DNA from: Vulcanimicrobiota bacterium
Lineage (GTDB): Bacteria > Vulcanimicrobiota > Xenobia > Xenobiales > JADMJV01
Direction: 5' to 3'
NCBI GenBank assembly: GCA_050250895.1
Contig: JBFWNU010000001.1
Span: forward strand, 1,934,884-1,998,883
DNA: 64,000 nucleotides
Position numbers and translations under genes: made by a program. A model generated the notes under the pieces. The model had not been told where the DNA came from. It saw nothing but the letters and a program-made list of their open reading frames with translations, and did not search any database. Below, piece after piece: positions 10,192-18,472 of the stretch. Each line of letters opens with the position of its first letter. The stretch's first letter is position 1.

Positions 10192-11199
10192 ATGCACGTC
10201 ACTCACTCATTGAACCCGGCCCGGGTGCCGACCCACGATCCGCTTGTCGGCCGGGTGGTCGGACACATGATGGCCGGCCAGGCCCAGTGGAACAAGCCCG
10301 AAGAAGTCCATCTCTCGGGCCACAGCGACAGCGGCCAGATCAAGCTCACTTTCAAACGCCAGGACGACGGCAGCGTCAGCGCCGACGGCTATTGCGGCTC
10401 GGTCGAGATCCACGAGAGCTATAGCGGCGTGAACACCGAGGCTTTCGGTACCTCAGACAAAAGCCGCCTCTTCGGCGTGGCGGGTAATGCTTTGCAGAAC
10501 GTGGTGGCCAGGGTCTCGGGCACGGTCGGCGGAGAAGCGGTGGACATCGCCGTCACGGGCCAGCGCAGTGAGCGTCCAATCCAGCTGACCGAGGAGCTGA
10601 AGGCCAAGAGCCCCCCGGCGGGATTTTCGATGGGCAGCAAGATCCATCAAAGCCCAGCCTTTGGCGGCGCGTCGGTGACGACCTACACCACGCCGAATCC
10701 GTTTCCCACCGAAACCACACCCATCGAGACCACCGACAACCTGGCCGTGCGCGGTAAGGTCGGCAAGCTCGAGTTCGCCAACTTTCTAGAGTGGAAAACC
10801 ACCAGCTGGACCACCGTCTGGAACACCACCGACGGTTGGAACTGGCAGCAGTTTCACACCGTCGATTCGGGCAAGCTACGCGAGCAGTGCAAGCTCGGCG
10901 AGCAAGAGACTCGCACCGGTCAGGCCATCGCCTTCGAGGTCACGCCAGGGCCGTTCGCCAGCGGCCAGGGCTCGCTGGTGACCACCGACGCCAACGGCAA
11001 TGCTCAGAGCACGCCGCTGGAGAAGAGTTATCAGACCCTGCGCGAGAAGGGTGGCGTGGTGCATGTCGAGCAGCGTTACGGGGATCACAACATGGAGTTC
11101 GACATCTACACCCTCGACTCCAACGGCGCCCGAGTGGGCATGGTCACTGAGCCGCAGCGCGAAGAGCAAAGGATTGACCAAGGGCCTGTCGGGCAATAG
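10192..11199 (+). CDS. Hypothetical beta-rich protein
   Basis: RBS AGGAGG before ATG 10192. Confidence 0.75.
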   Translation: MHVTHSLNPARVPTHDPLVGRVVGHMMAGQAQWNKPEEVHLSGHSDSGQIKLTFKRQDDGSVSADGYCGSVEIHESYSGVNTEAFGTSDKSRLFGVAGNALQNVVARVSGTVGGEAVDIAVTGQRSERPIQLTEELKAKSPPAGFSMGSKIHQSPAFGGASVTTYTTPNPFPTETTPIETTDNLAVRGKVGKLEFANFLEWKTTSWTTVWNTTDGWNWQQFHTVDSGKLREQCKLGEQETRTGQAIAFEVTPGPFASGQGSLVTTDANGNAQSTPLEKSYQTLREKGGVVHVEQRYGDHNMEFDIYTLDSNGARVGMVTEPQREEQRIDQGPVGQ

Positions 11200-11304
11200 C
11201 CACTAACCTCCAGAACGCGCTGGTTAAGGCTTCCTCTCTTTTTCTATAAAATTTTAGTGCAGATGTGTACATTTAAGCCACATCAATGTCTGGAGGGTTC
11301 TCGC

Positions 11305-11946
11305 ATGCGCGCTCTATGTGCAAATGGAGGCTATCCAGCCAACGCTCATCACCAGAACGTCCGAAGAGGAGTCAACCAGCAGCAGCCGCTCGGCGACCGC
11401 GTCACCTTCTCTTCTTTGACTAAAGCTGAACAGGACAGCGCCGTTCAGAAGCTGATCGAACTCGATTCCAAAGGGCGGCTATTCCTGGCCAATCAAGATG
11501 GCAAGCTTCGCCGGGTCGGCCCAGAAGAGGCGGCCTCGGCCCTCGACAGCGGCCCGACGGTTTTTCTAGCCCGTGAGGTGGCCGAACTCGGCCGCAACCA
11601 GTCCTCGTCGGGCACCTGGAACAAGCGAGGCTGGTCCGGCCCGGTGCTTTATAGCGAATCGGGCGCGGCCGCCGGAAGCTATGCGAGTCGCACCGTCAAC
11701 TTCGCCACCAGCCAGCTCAATAGCTGGCCCCAACTCCGATTTGTCAACGCAGCTACCAACGGCGTTCCTGGAACGCCCGAATTGCCGGGCCCTGCCGGTT
11801 CGGTCAAAGTGAGTGAAAGCTGGGAAAGCTGGCGCAGCGTCCAGACCCAGGGCGTCAGAATCGGACACTGGGGCGGGTTGGCCGTCGGCGACGGAAGCAG
11901 CCACCAGACCGAACTGGACTCGGGCTTCCTTTCGCCCAGAGGCTAA
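11305..11946 (+). CDS. Hypothetical protein
   Basis: RBS GGAGG before ATG 11305. Confidence 0.65.
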   Translation: MRALCANGGYPANAHHQNVRRGVNQQQPLGDRVTFSSLTKAEQDSAVQKLIELDSKGRLFLANQDGKLRRVGPEEAASALDSGPTVFLAREVAELGRNQSSSGTWNKRGWSGPVLYSESGAAAGSYASRTVNFATSQLNSWPQLRFVNAATNGVPGTPELPGPAGSVKVSESWESWRSVQTQGVRIGHWGGLAVGDGSSHQTELDSGFLSPRG

Positions 11947-11948
11947 CC

Positions 11949-12992
11949 GTGCAAATCAACCACTACCGACCATCCCCCCTGGCTCGATTGGACCGCCAGT
12001 TGGCCCAGGGGGAGGTGCCCCACGATCTAGAGACGATCGTCAAGCGGGACAGCGGTCTGGACCGCTTCGCGTCCACCGATCTGGTGGCCAGCCGACCGGG
12101 CATCTGGCGCTCGCTCAAAGCCGACGTGAGAGGTCACGCTCAGGAACGCTCGCGCTACCTGACCTGGATGAGGGCGGATAGCCTTTGTCAAGCCGTTCTG
12201 TTCGGCGCTGTGGGGGTGGCCGCTTATGGTCTCTTCACCCATGGACCGGTCTGGGGTAGCGCCGTCGCCTTTGGCCTGGGCGCCCTCGTGGGGGCGGCCA
12301 CTGCTTCCAAGCAGTGCGCAGCCGCGAAAACGGGCCAGGTCAAGATTCTCGTAGACGGGCAGACCAGTAGCCGGCAGCCCTATTACAGTCATCCCAACAG
12401 TTACAAGAGAACTCCTCAGGAGTTGCGTTCTCTGCTGATGGCCGTCGGAGCTTTAGGTGACGAGATTACCCCGGGCGCCCAACCTTCGCTGACGCCCAAC
12501 CCGACGGCCTCGGCCAGTTGGAATGCGAGCGCCGACCGTTTGGCCGAGCTGGATTCGGCCCGCCGGTTGGTGGCCGACCTGGGCCATCAATCCCGTTACG
12601 GCAAGCCCACCTTAAGCCTGGTCGACCCCCACGTGGCCGTCGAGGTCTTAGCCAGCGGTGGGCGGGTGGCGGCGGTGCGAGTGGAGTCGGTCGCGGACCG
12701 TGCCCACAGCTATCAAGCCCACGCCGAGAGCGGTGACGGCAGCCGCATCCAGCTTGAGGATCATCACTATACCACCCGTTCCATCAGCTATCGCCTCGAC
12801 CCGATTCGTGAGCCTGACGACCTGACCAGATTGGCCGAGGGCGAAGGGCTGCCGCCGGGATTCTGTGGAGTCTATGCCGACGGTTCACCCTGTGAACTGC
12901 AAGTTCGCAACGAAGAAACGCACACCAGCCGGGTGCGCACCCCCGACCGGCAATCCGATGGCTATCTTCATGGTCGCCTGACGGTGAACTAG
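11949..12992 (+). CDS. Hypothetical protein with two TM helices
   Basis: Starts 2 nt after upstream stop; hydrophobic hairpin. Confidence 0.65.
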   Translation: MQINHYRPSPLARLDRQLAQGEVPHDLETIVKRDSGLDRFASTDLVASRPGIWRSLKADVRGHAQERSRYLTWMRADSLCQAVLFGAVGVAAYGLFTHGPVWGSAVAFGLGALVGAATASKQCAAAKTGQVKILVDGQTSSRQPYYSHPNSYKRTPQELRSLLMAVGALGDEITPGAQPSLTPNPTASASWNASADRLAELDSARRLVADLGHQSRYGKPTLSLVDPHVAVEVLASGGRVAAVRVESVADRAHSYQAHAESGDGSRIQLEDHHYTTRSISYRLDPIREPDDLTRLAEGEGLPPGFCGVYADGSPCELQVRNEETHTSRVRTPDRQSDGYLHGRLTVN

Positions 12993-13016
12993 TCGGAACC
13001 GTTTCCGCCTGCGGAC

Positions 13017-13793
13017 CTAAGAATTGACGGCCTCACTGGCCTCATATCCATCCTTATCCTCGAGCGGCTTGAACAGCTCGCTGTCATAAGGGGAAAAAAT
13101 GCGTGAGTTGACTCTGAGTAGGCAGAAGCAGCGGTACTGAATTGGCGCGTCTTTCGTCACTCCTTTGACTGATACTTCCGGCGGTTCTCCGGCCGAGTTT
13201 CGCAAAGCAGCCAAAATGGCGCTACTGAGGTAACGAGGGACATAGCCCACAATGTGTTTGTCTTCGGTACGCAGGCCGACAGCCTCTGCGTCGACATCGT
13301 TCTGCACGTCCCAGAACAGTCGCAGGCGTTCCCCACTTTCGAGGGTCCAAGCCCGTCGTTGGGAACTATCCGGCAGATATCTAAGTCCCCGGAGGGGGAA
13401 GACAAGATGATAGAGGTCATTACTCGGCTCTGGCTGTGGAAAAATTTCCAGGTGATCAGTCATTCGGCGACTTTCTCGCGAGAGGATTAGGAAGGGGTCT
13501 GAGTTCAAAGGAAGCAGCAGCCAGCCTAAATAGCTGTCAAATTCCGGTCGTGAGTGTGGCATGATTCTGTTCTTAAAGGGAGGAAACAACTCTCGCGACC
13601 TGTATACGCGGTGCCTATCTGGAAAGGCTAGGAAAGGTCTGAATCCGTGCTCCACGGCGATTTCAGAGCCTTGAACATACTCAAAGACAAAGTCAACTCC
13701 GTCTCTCGACAGTTTCCCAACGGGGATCCACCTCCTAGCATCGGAAGCCAGCCAGCCAACGAATAGTGCTTTAATCCTCTGAGGGTCTTCCAC
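13017..13793 (-). CDS. HipS-like N-terminal domain + HIRAN domain protein
   Basis: PVGKLS..FVFEY..LFPPFKNRIM (HipA N-terminal/HipS-like); RGLRY..LESGERLRL..QNDVDAEAV..IVGYVPRY (HIRAN). Confidence 0.8.
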   Translation of the reverse strand: MEDPQRIKALFVGWLASDARRWIPVGKLSRDGVDFVFEYVQGSEIAVEHGFRPFLAFPDRHRVYRSRELFPPFKNRIMPHSRPEFDSYLGWLLLPLNSDPFLILSRESRRMTDHLEIFPQPEPSNDLYHLVFPLRGLRYLPDSSQRRAWTLESGERLRLFWDVQNDVDAEAVGLRTEDKHIVGYVPRYLSSAILAALRNSAGEPPEVSVKGVTKDAPIQYRCFCLLRVNSRIFSPYDSELFKPLEDKDGYEASEAVNS

Positions 13794-14688
13794 GGCAAAT
13801 CTCGTCCTTGTTCCTTTGCAGTAAGCGAATCACGAACTCTCGATGGCACGTAGCTATTCGTGAGGACGGAATCTGATTTACTATCGACGTGAATTTTTCG
13901 GTGCTCACATCACCGATGCAACCGCGCCAATGCCGAACGTCCTCGGGCCAAAGCCCCTTCGCCTCGGCAAGCGCTGCGATCGGCGAGATGGGTTTTTGAC
14001 TTCCGCTCGCAGCGTAGAAAGCCGACTTCGCTCGCGTGGCGTAACCCTCAGGGGTGCGATTCTGGTCGTTTGTTGCGAGCCTTTCCCTCACTGCTTCCTC
14101 CTGAAGCTCACGGCCCAAGCTTGACGCATGATCGTAGCTTGGGGCCAGCAGGTAGCTCCCATCTGAAAGCTCTATTACTCCCCAGTTTTCGTGGTGCCGA
14201 TCCGTGTTACCGATCCAGGCATCCAAAGCGAGTATTCCTGTGAAAGCGCGGCTCCAGGACATTTCTCCCCATCCACGGAGGCTGGCCACTTTAGCAAGTG
14301 CTTTGCCGGCAGCTTCCACGGTATGTTCGTGGACTCCCCGGAGCTGGGCCCTTGGATAGGCCGGGTCAATGCCGAATAGCAGCTCATTGCCGTGGTGAAG
14401 ATGTCCGTGGCGCGGGACAAAGCTGGTGGAGATGGTCCCTTTCTTTCCTTTGAACTCGGCCAAGTCAATATGGGCGTGACTAACCCCGAGCAGCCCGCCG
14501 AGCTCCGCTCCGAGCTTTTCGGACCAGTCTTCTCCGGTGTTTGGCCGTGCGTATTTGAACAGCACTTGTCTCCTTTTCTGGTTCGGCTCCTCGATATAAT
14601 ACCAGAACTTTGACTTGGTCCCGAGATGCTCACTGAAGATCTCTACATTAGGTGGGACAATTTCTATCCCGAATTTCGACTCAGGCAC
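13771..14688 (-). CDS. HipA/CtkA-family Ser/Thr kinase
   Basis: GTKSK, LFK..GEDWSE, DAWIGNTDRHHENWG, LAPSYDHASSL. Confidence 0.85.
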   Translation of the reverse strand: MPESKFGIEIVPPNVEIFSEHLGTKSKFWYYIEEPNQKRRQVLFKYARPNTGEDWSEKLGAELGGLLGVSHAHIDLAEFKGKKGTISTSFVPRHGHLHHGNELLFGIDPAYPRAQLRGVHEHTVEAAGKALAKVASLRGWGEMSWSRAFTGILALDAWIGNTDRHHENWGVIELSDGSYLLAPSYDHASSLGRELQEEAVRERLATNDQNRTPEGYATRAKSAFYAASGSQKPISPIAALAEAKGLWPEDVRHWRGCIGDVSTEKFTSIVNQIPSSRIATCHREFVIRLLQRNKDEICRGRPSED

Positions 14689-14736
14689 GCTGCGTGTGAA
14701 TTTCTTGAATCAGCTTGAGCGACCTGCCCGTCGTTA

Positions 14737-14822
14737 AAAAGAAGAGAGAACCGCACGGCTGCGCGGTTCTCTCTTGGTGGGTCGTGTAGGATTTGAACCT
14801 ACGACCACCTGATTAAAAGTCA
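14737..14822 (-). repeat. att site: displaced 3' 48 nt of tRNA-Lys plus terminator hairpin
   Basis: Matches 32692-32777 except GGCT vs GACT in hairpin loop. Confidence 0.95.
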
Positions 14823-14924
14823 CACTCGGTCTGTGACGCTAGATGCCGACCCGTGTCGAGAAGTGCCATTTGACGCCGTTTCGATGTCGCTCTGTCTGGT
14901 CTCGTTCCGGGTCGTGTCGGCTTG

Positions 14925-14965
14925 TTGGTCCCCAGCCGGTCCCCAGGAGGCATTCTTAGGGACCA
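14925..14965. promoter_or_regulatory. Putative integrase arm-type sites (left)
   Basis: GGTCCCCA at 14927 and 14938 (11-bp period) plus inverted variant at 14957-14965; same doublet at 32640/32651. Confidence 0.75.
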
Positions 14966-14980
14966 GACGAAGCGCCGCCC

Positions 14981-15955
14981 GTGCGATTGATATTTCCCGC
15001 TACCCTTCAACCAGTCCCGAACCTGAAAACCCGCGATGATAGTTTCGTCTTTCCTGATTTCCTAGAGATCGGGGCCGGAATCGCGTTGCACCGCCACCGC
15101 AAAGGCGACTTGCTACAGGAAGCGGCCCAGAACTATCACCAGCCCCCCGCGAATTTCTTTCTCCTACTCGAATCCGAACGGCTACTCAGCGACCTCAAGA
15201 CTCAGTGGCCGCGCGGAGTCGAGTTTCCGACCAACGAAAGAGTTCTGCACAAAGCCGCGATGAATTCGATGATGCGTCTACTCGTTTCACTCGTCCTGGC
15301 CGGCTACGTTTTCAATGGCAACCCTGCGCAACGCTTCTTTATCCAGGAGTCAGACACTGGGGGTTGGGGGATCGGTAGCTTCTTCACCAACCTTCCAGGG
15401 TATCGAGCGGTAAACATCAGCCTAGCGGAAAGCCCAGAGAGGTGGTGCGAGGAGACATTTCGACGCTGGTTCGACCTCCTGGCGCCGTACTATCGTCCAG
15501 AAATCGAATGCGAAGACCGTATTGGTATTGCGCTGAACTCATTCTGGCACGGGATGACGACACTCAAGTCAGACCAACAGGTTCTGTCCTACACGGTGGT
15601 CCTCGAAGCCCTCCTGGCCACCGGCTCGAACGAGATAACCCACCAGCTCGCTGAACGCGTAGCCTGCCTCTTGGCTACGGATGCGAGGGAGCGGCTTGCT
15701 CTCTACCACCGCACCAAAGGGCACTACAGGACCAGGAGCAACCTCGTTCATGGGAACCTCGCCAAGACCGGTCTGAAGGCTAGCGGTGCTAGGTGGGACC
15801 CGGCGGCCGTTCATGACCTGTTTACCCTGGCGCGCGGGGTTTTGCGAAAGGCCCTGGCCGACCCACCTTACTGCCAGCTTGTCAAAGCCAAGGACGACAA
15901 GCAACTGAACGAGTTCTTTCTAGAGCTGCTCTTCGGTGTTCGCGGACGCCAATAG
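14981..15955 (+). CDS. ApeA-like HEPN domain protein (putative RNase)
   Basis: LEALL...EITHQLAERVA...YRTRSNLVHG (Rx4H). Confidence 0.75.
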   Translation: MRLIFPATLQPVPNLKTRDDSFVFPDFLEIGAGIALHRHRKGDLLQEAAQNYHQPPANFFLLLESERLLSDLKTQWPRGVEFPTNERVLHKAAMNSMMRLLVSLVLAGYVFNGNPAQRFFIQESDTGGWGIGSFFTNLPGYRAVNISLAESPERWCEETFRRWFDLLAPYYRPEIECEDRIGIALNSFWHGMTTLKSDQQVLSYTVVLEALLATGSNEITHQLAERVACLLATDARERLALYHRTKGHYRTRSNLVHGNLAKTGLKASGARWDPAAVHDLFTLARGVLRKALADPPYCQLVKAKDDKQLNEFFLELLFGVRGRQ

Positions 15956-15996
15956 CCGCACGAAGACCGGAATGTATCATTACGGAGGTCCTGAGA

Positions 15997-16491
15997 ATGG
16001 ATGAAGTCAGCAAGATTCTAATAACTGCGATTGTCACCGCGATTTTTTCTGGGCTCTCGGCCGGCATAATGGTGCCACTTCTATCCGGCTGGTTCAACAA
16101 AACGTTCGATTTCTTCGGCTACAGACAGCAACAACTGTGGGACGCTCGCCAGAAGCTCTACGCCGAGATTGTCGGGTCTTTCACTAAAGCCAGACAGAAT
16201 CTTGACGTGTTCGAAGCCTCACAAACCGGGACGGAACAGCGTAACAAGGCCGTCAGACATTTCCGCAGAGCGGTGGAGTCAATGCGAACTGAACGTGACT
16301 CTTTAGCTTTACTCGCACCCTCGTCGGTGCGGGACGCATTTGCGGAGTTGCGCCGGACCGCCGAGCTGATATACGGAGGTTTAAAAGAGGTGCCAGACGG
16401 GTTCGAGTTGGACGAGCTGACCCGGAGCTTCTCGGAGGCTTACGACCCACTGCTCAGAGCAATGAGGGTCGATCTGGGTTTCGGAGAATGA
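15997..16491 (+). CDS. Hypothetical protein with N-terminal TM helix
   Basis: RBS GGAGG; hydrophobic N-terminus then helical domain. Confidence 0.7.
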   Translation: MDEVSKILITAIVTAIFSGLSAGIMVPLLSGWFNKTFDFFGYRQQQLWDARQKLYAEIVGSFTKARQNLDVFEASQTGTEQRNKAVRHFRRAVESMRTERDSLALLAPSSVRDAFAELRRTAELIYGGLKEVPDGFELDELTRSFSEAYDPLLRAMRVDLGFGE

Positions 16492-16500
16492 ACAAGCCGC

Positions 16501-17013
16501 TCACAGCGTTGAAGCCGTTATCCACCACTTCTTGTGGAAGTCGTTGAAGTCTTCCATCTGGCGGGTCGACACGCCCAGCCAGCCGCCCTCCCACTTTTCG
16601 TAGGCCGGCTTGCCCGTGGGGGTCTTTAGTTTCTCGGGCAGCGTGCGAATCAGGTAGACCGGGTTTTCGCCGGCCTCGAAGTCCTTGCCGAGCTGGTAGA
16701 AGTCCTGGCCAGACAGCTTGAAGCAAGCGCCCTTGCGGTATTCGAGGACAACCTCTTGATACGGCTCGGGGTGCTCTTTGACGACCAGGGCGGCCGCGGT
16801 GAAGAGCACGCGGGTCACGTCGGCGGGGCTCCGCTCGCCAGAAACAGACAGCAGGTCGACCACCAGCATTTCGCCTTTGGCCCGGAGCGAGACCTCGATG
16901 CCAGCGTTCCGCAGGTCATCGGCCAGCTCGGTGGCCAACTTCTTGCTGTAATCGTCGGCACAGCCGGTCAGCAGTATGGCCGCCAGCAGCAGCCCCTTCA
17001 TCCAGGTCTTCAA
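16501..17013 (-). CDS. Putative lipoprotein
   Basis: Lipobox LLTG|C; RBS GAGGGGG before TTG. Confidence 0.75.
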   Translation of the reverse strand: MKTWMKGLLLAAILLTGCADDYSKKLATELADDLRNAGIEVSLRAKGEMLVVDLLSVSGERSPADVTRVLFTAAALVVKEHPEPYQEVVLEYRKGACFKLSGQDFYQLGKDFEAGENPVYLIRTLPEKLKTPTGKPAYEKWEGGWLGVSTRQMEDFNDFHKKWWITASTL

Positions 17014-17078
17014 GCTTGGTTCCCCCTCTTGGCATTGAATCGTAGAGGGAGCTTATACGTAACCCGTCTGGAGGCCTG

Positions 17079-17273
17079 CTATTCCGACTGGTTGGGCATT
17101 TCTGCCCGCGCCCACGCTTCGATTTTCTGCCGAGCGCCATCGGGATGAGTCGTCAGCCAATCGTAAACGTCAGGGTCGAGCCTGGTTCGTAGAATGGGCG
17201 CCCCTTGCTGCGTGCCGGGATAGCCGCGGGGGTATTGTGGGTCAGGTCCGGGTTTTCCTCGTTGCTTTGTCAT
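17079..17273 (-). CDS. Small putative DNA-binding protein (ribbon-helix-helix-like)
   Basis: ILRTRLDPDVYDWL..ARQKIEAWARAE; divergent from operator-bearing promoter. Confidence 0.55.
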   Translation of the reverse strand: MTKQRGKPGPDPQYPRGYPGTQQGAPILRTRLDPDVYDWLTTHPDGARQKIEAWARAEMPNQSE

Positions 17274-17286
17274 GAAGACATCATAA

Positions 17287-17330
17287 CCTGTGTCACAGGG
17301 ATTGACAACACTGTGTCACAGTGTTAGGAT
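17287..17330 (+). promoter_or_regulatory. sigma70-type promoter with two palindromic operators
   Basis: TTGACA 17302-17307, 17 bp, TAGGAT 17325-17330; CTGTGTCACAG at 17288 and 17311. Confidence 0.8.
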
Positions 17331-17366
17331 GTGTATGCAAGAGAGATTCCACGGAGGTCAAACAGA

Positions 17367-17720
17367 ATGCGCGAAACCGTCACCCAGAAAGCTCACCGTC
17401 TCGTCGACAACTTCCGGGTCGTCCTGTTGGACAACCAGCCCGGCCTGGTCACCGCTGAGGTCATCGGCGACCACAGCACCTACACGGTGCGGTTTCGCCC
17501 CCACGGCGCCTTCTGCGGCTGCAAGTGGTTCCAGATGAAGGGCCACATCAAGCCCTGCAGCCACATCCTGGCCACCCGTCGGGCGATGGACGAGCCCGAG
17601 AGCCAGGAGCCGGTCAAGCGGCTGGCCGAGGCCCTACGGGCCAACCTGCCGGCCAAGAAGCCGCCCGTCGCGGTCACCGAGACGGAAGCCGACCTGCAGG
17701 CGCTCTTCAACTTCCGCTAG
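17367..17720 (+). CDS. SWIM zinc-finger protein
   Basis: TYTV...FCGC...PCSHILA (CxC-x-CxH); RBS GGAGG. Confidence 0.8.
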   Translation: MRETVTQKAHRLVDNFRVVLLDNQPGLVTAEVIGDHSTYTVRFRPHGAFCGCKWFQMKGHIKPCSHILATRRAMDEPESQEPVKRLAEALRANLPAKKPPVAVTETEADLQALFNFR

Positions 17721-17821
17721 CGACCGGGCCCGCAAGGGCCCAACCCCCTCGAGCCTCCTGTTTTCGAACCGTGAGGGCCCCGGCCCGGGTGGAGGCTCGT
17801 TTCTATTTCAGGAGGATTGCT

Positions 17822-18412
17822 ATGCTGCTCACCACCGCTCGCAAGCGTGAAATCGAAGCCACCGTCGAGGCCCTGCAGGCCCGTCACGGTGACCCGTCGG
17901 CCATCCCCGCCACCTACCTGGAGGAGGTGGTTAGAGCGGTGGGTTACCAGCTGGTCGACGCCGACCTGCCCGCGGGGGTGGCCGGCTGCTGCTACCCGCG
18001 GAGCCAGCGCATCTTGCTGAACCGCGACCTGGGCTCCATCCTGACCTACGACCGGGCCCCTCAGTTCCGCCTGGCCACACTGGCCCACGAGCTGGGTCAC
18101 GCGGTTCTGCACGAGCAGCTCATTTTGACCGGCCAGGCTCCAGCTGCAGTTATCGAGCCCGAGGCCCAGCACTTCGCGGCCGCGTTCCTGGTGCCCCGTC
18201 ACCTGGTCCTGGCGCGGCCCGAGGGGGCTCAGCTACTTCGAGCTCGTCGCGCGCGGTTCCGGTGGTCGTCGGGGCGTGTCTGGCGGAGCGTCCACCGACT
18301 GGCCGAGGTGTTTCAGGTGACCTCAACGCTGATGGCGTGGCGCCTCGCTGAACTTGGGGTGGTCGATGCTTGCGAGAAGCGGCCCTGTCGCTTGGTGCTT
18401 GCGGTTTGCTAA
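17822..18412 (+). CDS. ImmA/IrrE (M78) metallo-endopeptidase
   Basis: TLAHELGH and EPEAQHFAAAFLVP; RBS AGGAGG. Confidence 0.85.
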   Translation: MLLTTARKREIEATVEALQARHGDPSAIPATYLEEVVRAVGYQLVDADLPAGVAGCCYPRSQRILLNRDLGSILTYDRAPQFRLATLAHELGHAVLHEQLILTGQAPAAVIEPEAQHFAAAFLVPRHLVLARPEGAQLLRARRARFRWSSGRVWRSVHRLAEVFQVTSTLMAWRLAELGVVDACEKRPCRLVLAVC

Positions 18413-18472
18413 GAGCCGACCGGAACATCAGACTGGTGGAATGAGAATGGGTAAGTCGTTTCGAAGTTCCGC

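Noticed and set aside
9109-10206. ORFs across the repeat array (9109-9873, 9651-9968, 9689-10021, 9825-10202)
   Set aside because: Translations of GC-rich repeats; no coding signals
14775-14822. Functional tRNA-Lys gene
   Set aside because: Only the 3' 48 nt are present; no D-arm or 5' acceptor strand; it is the att duplication
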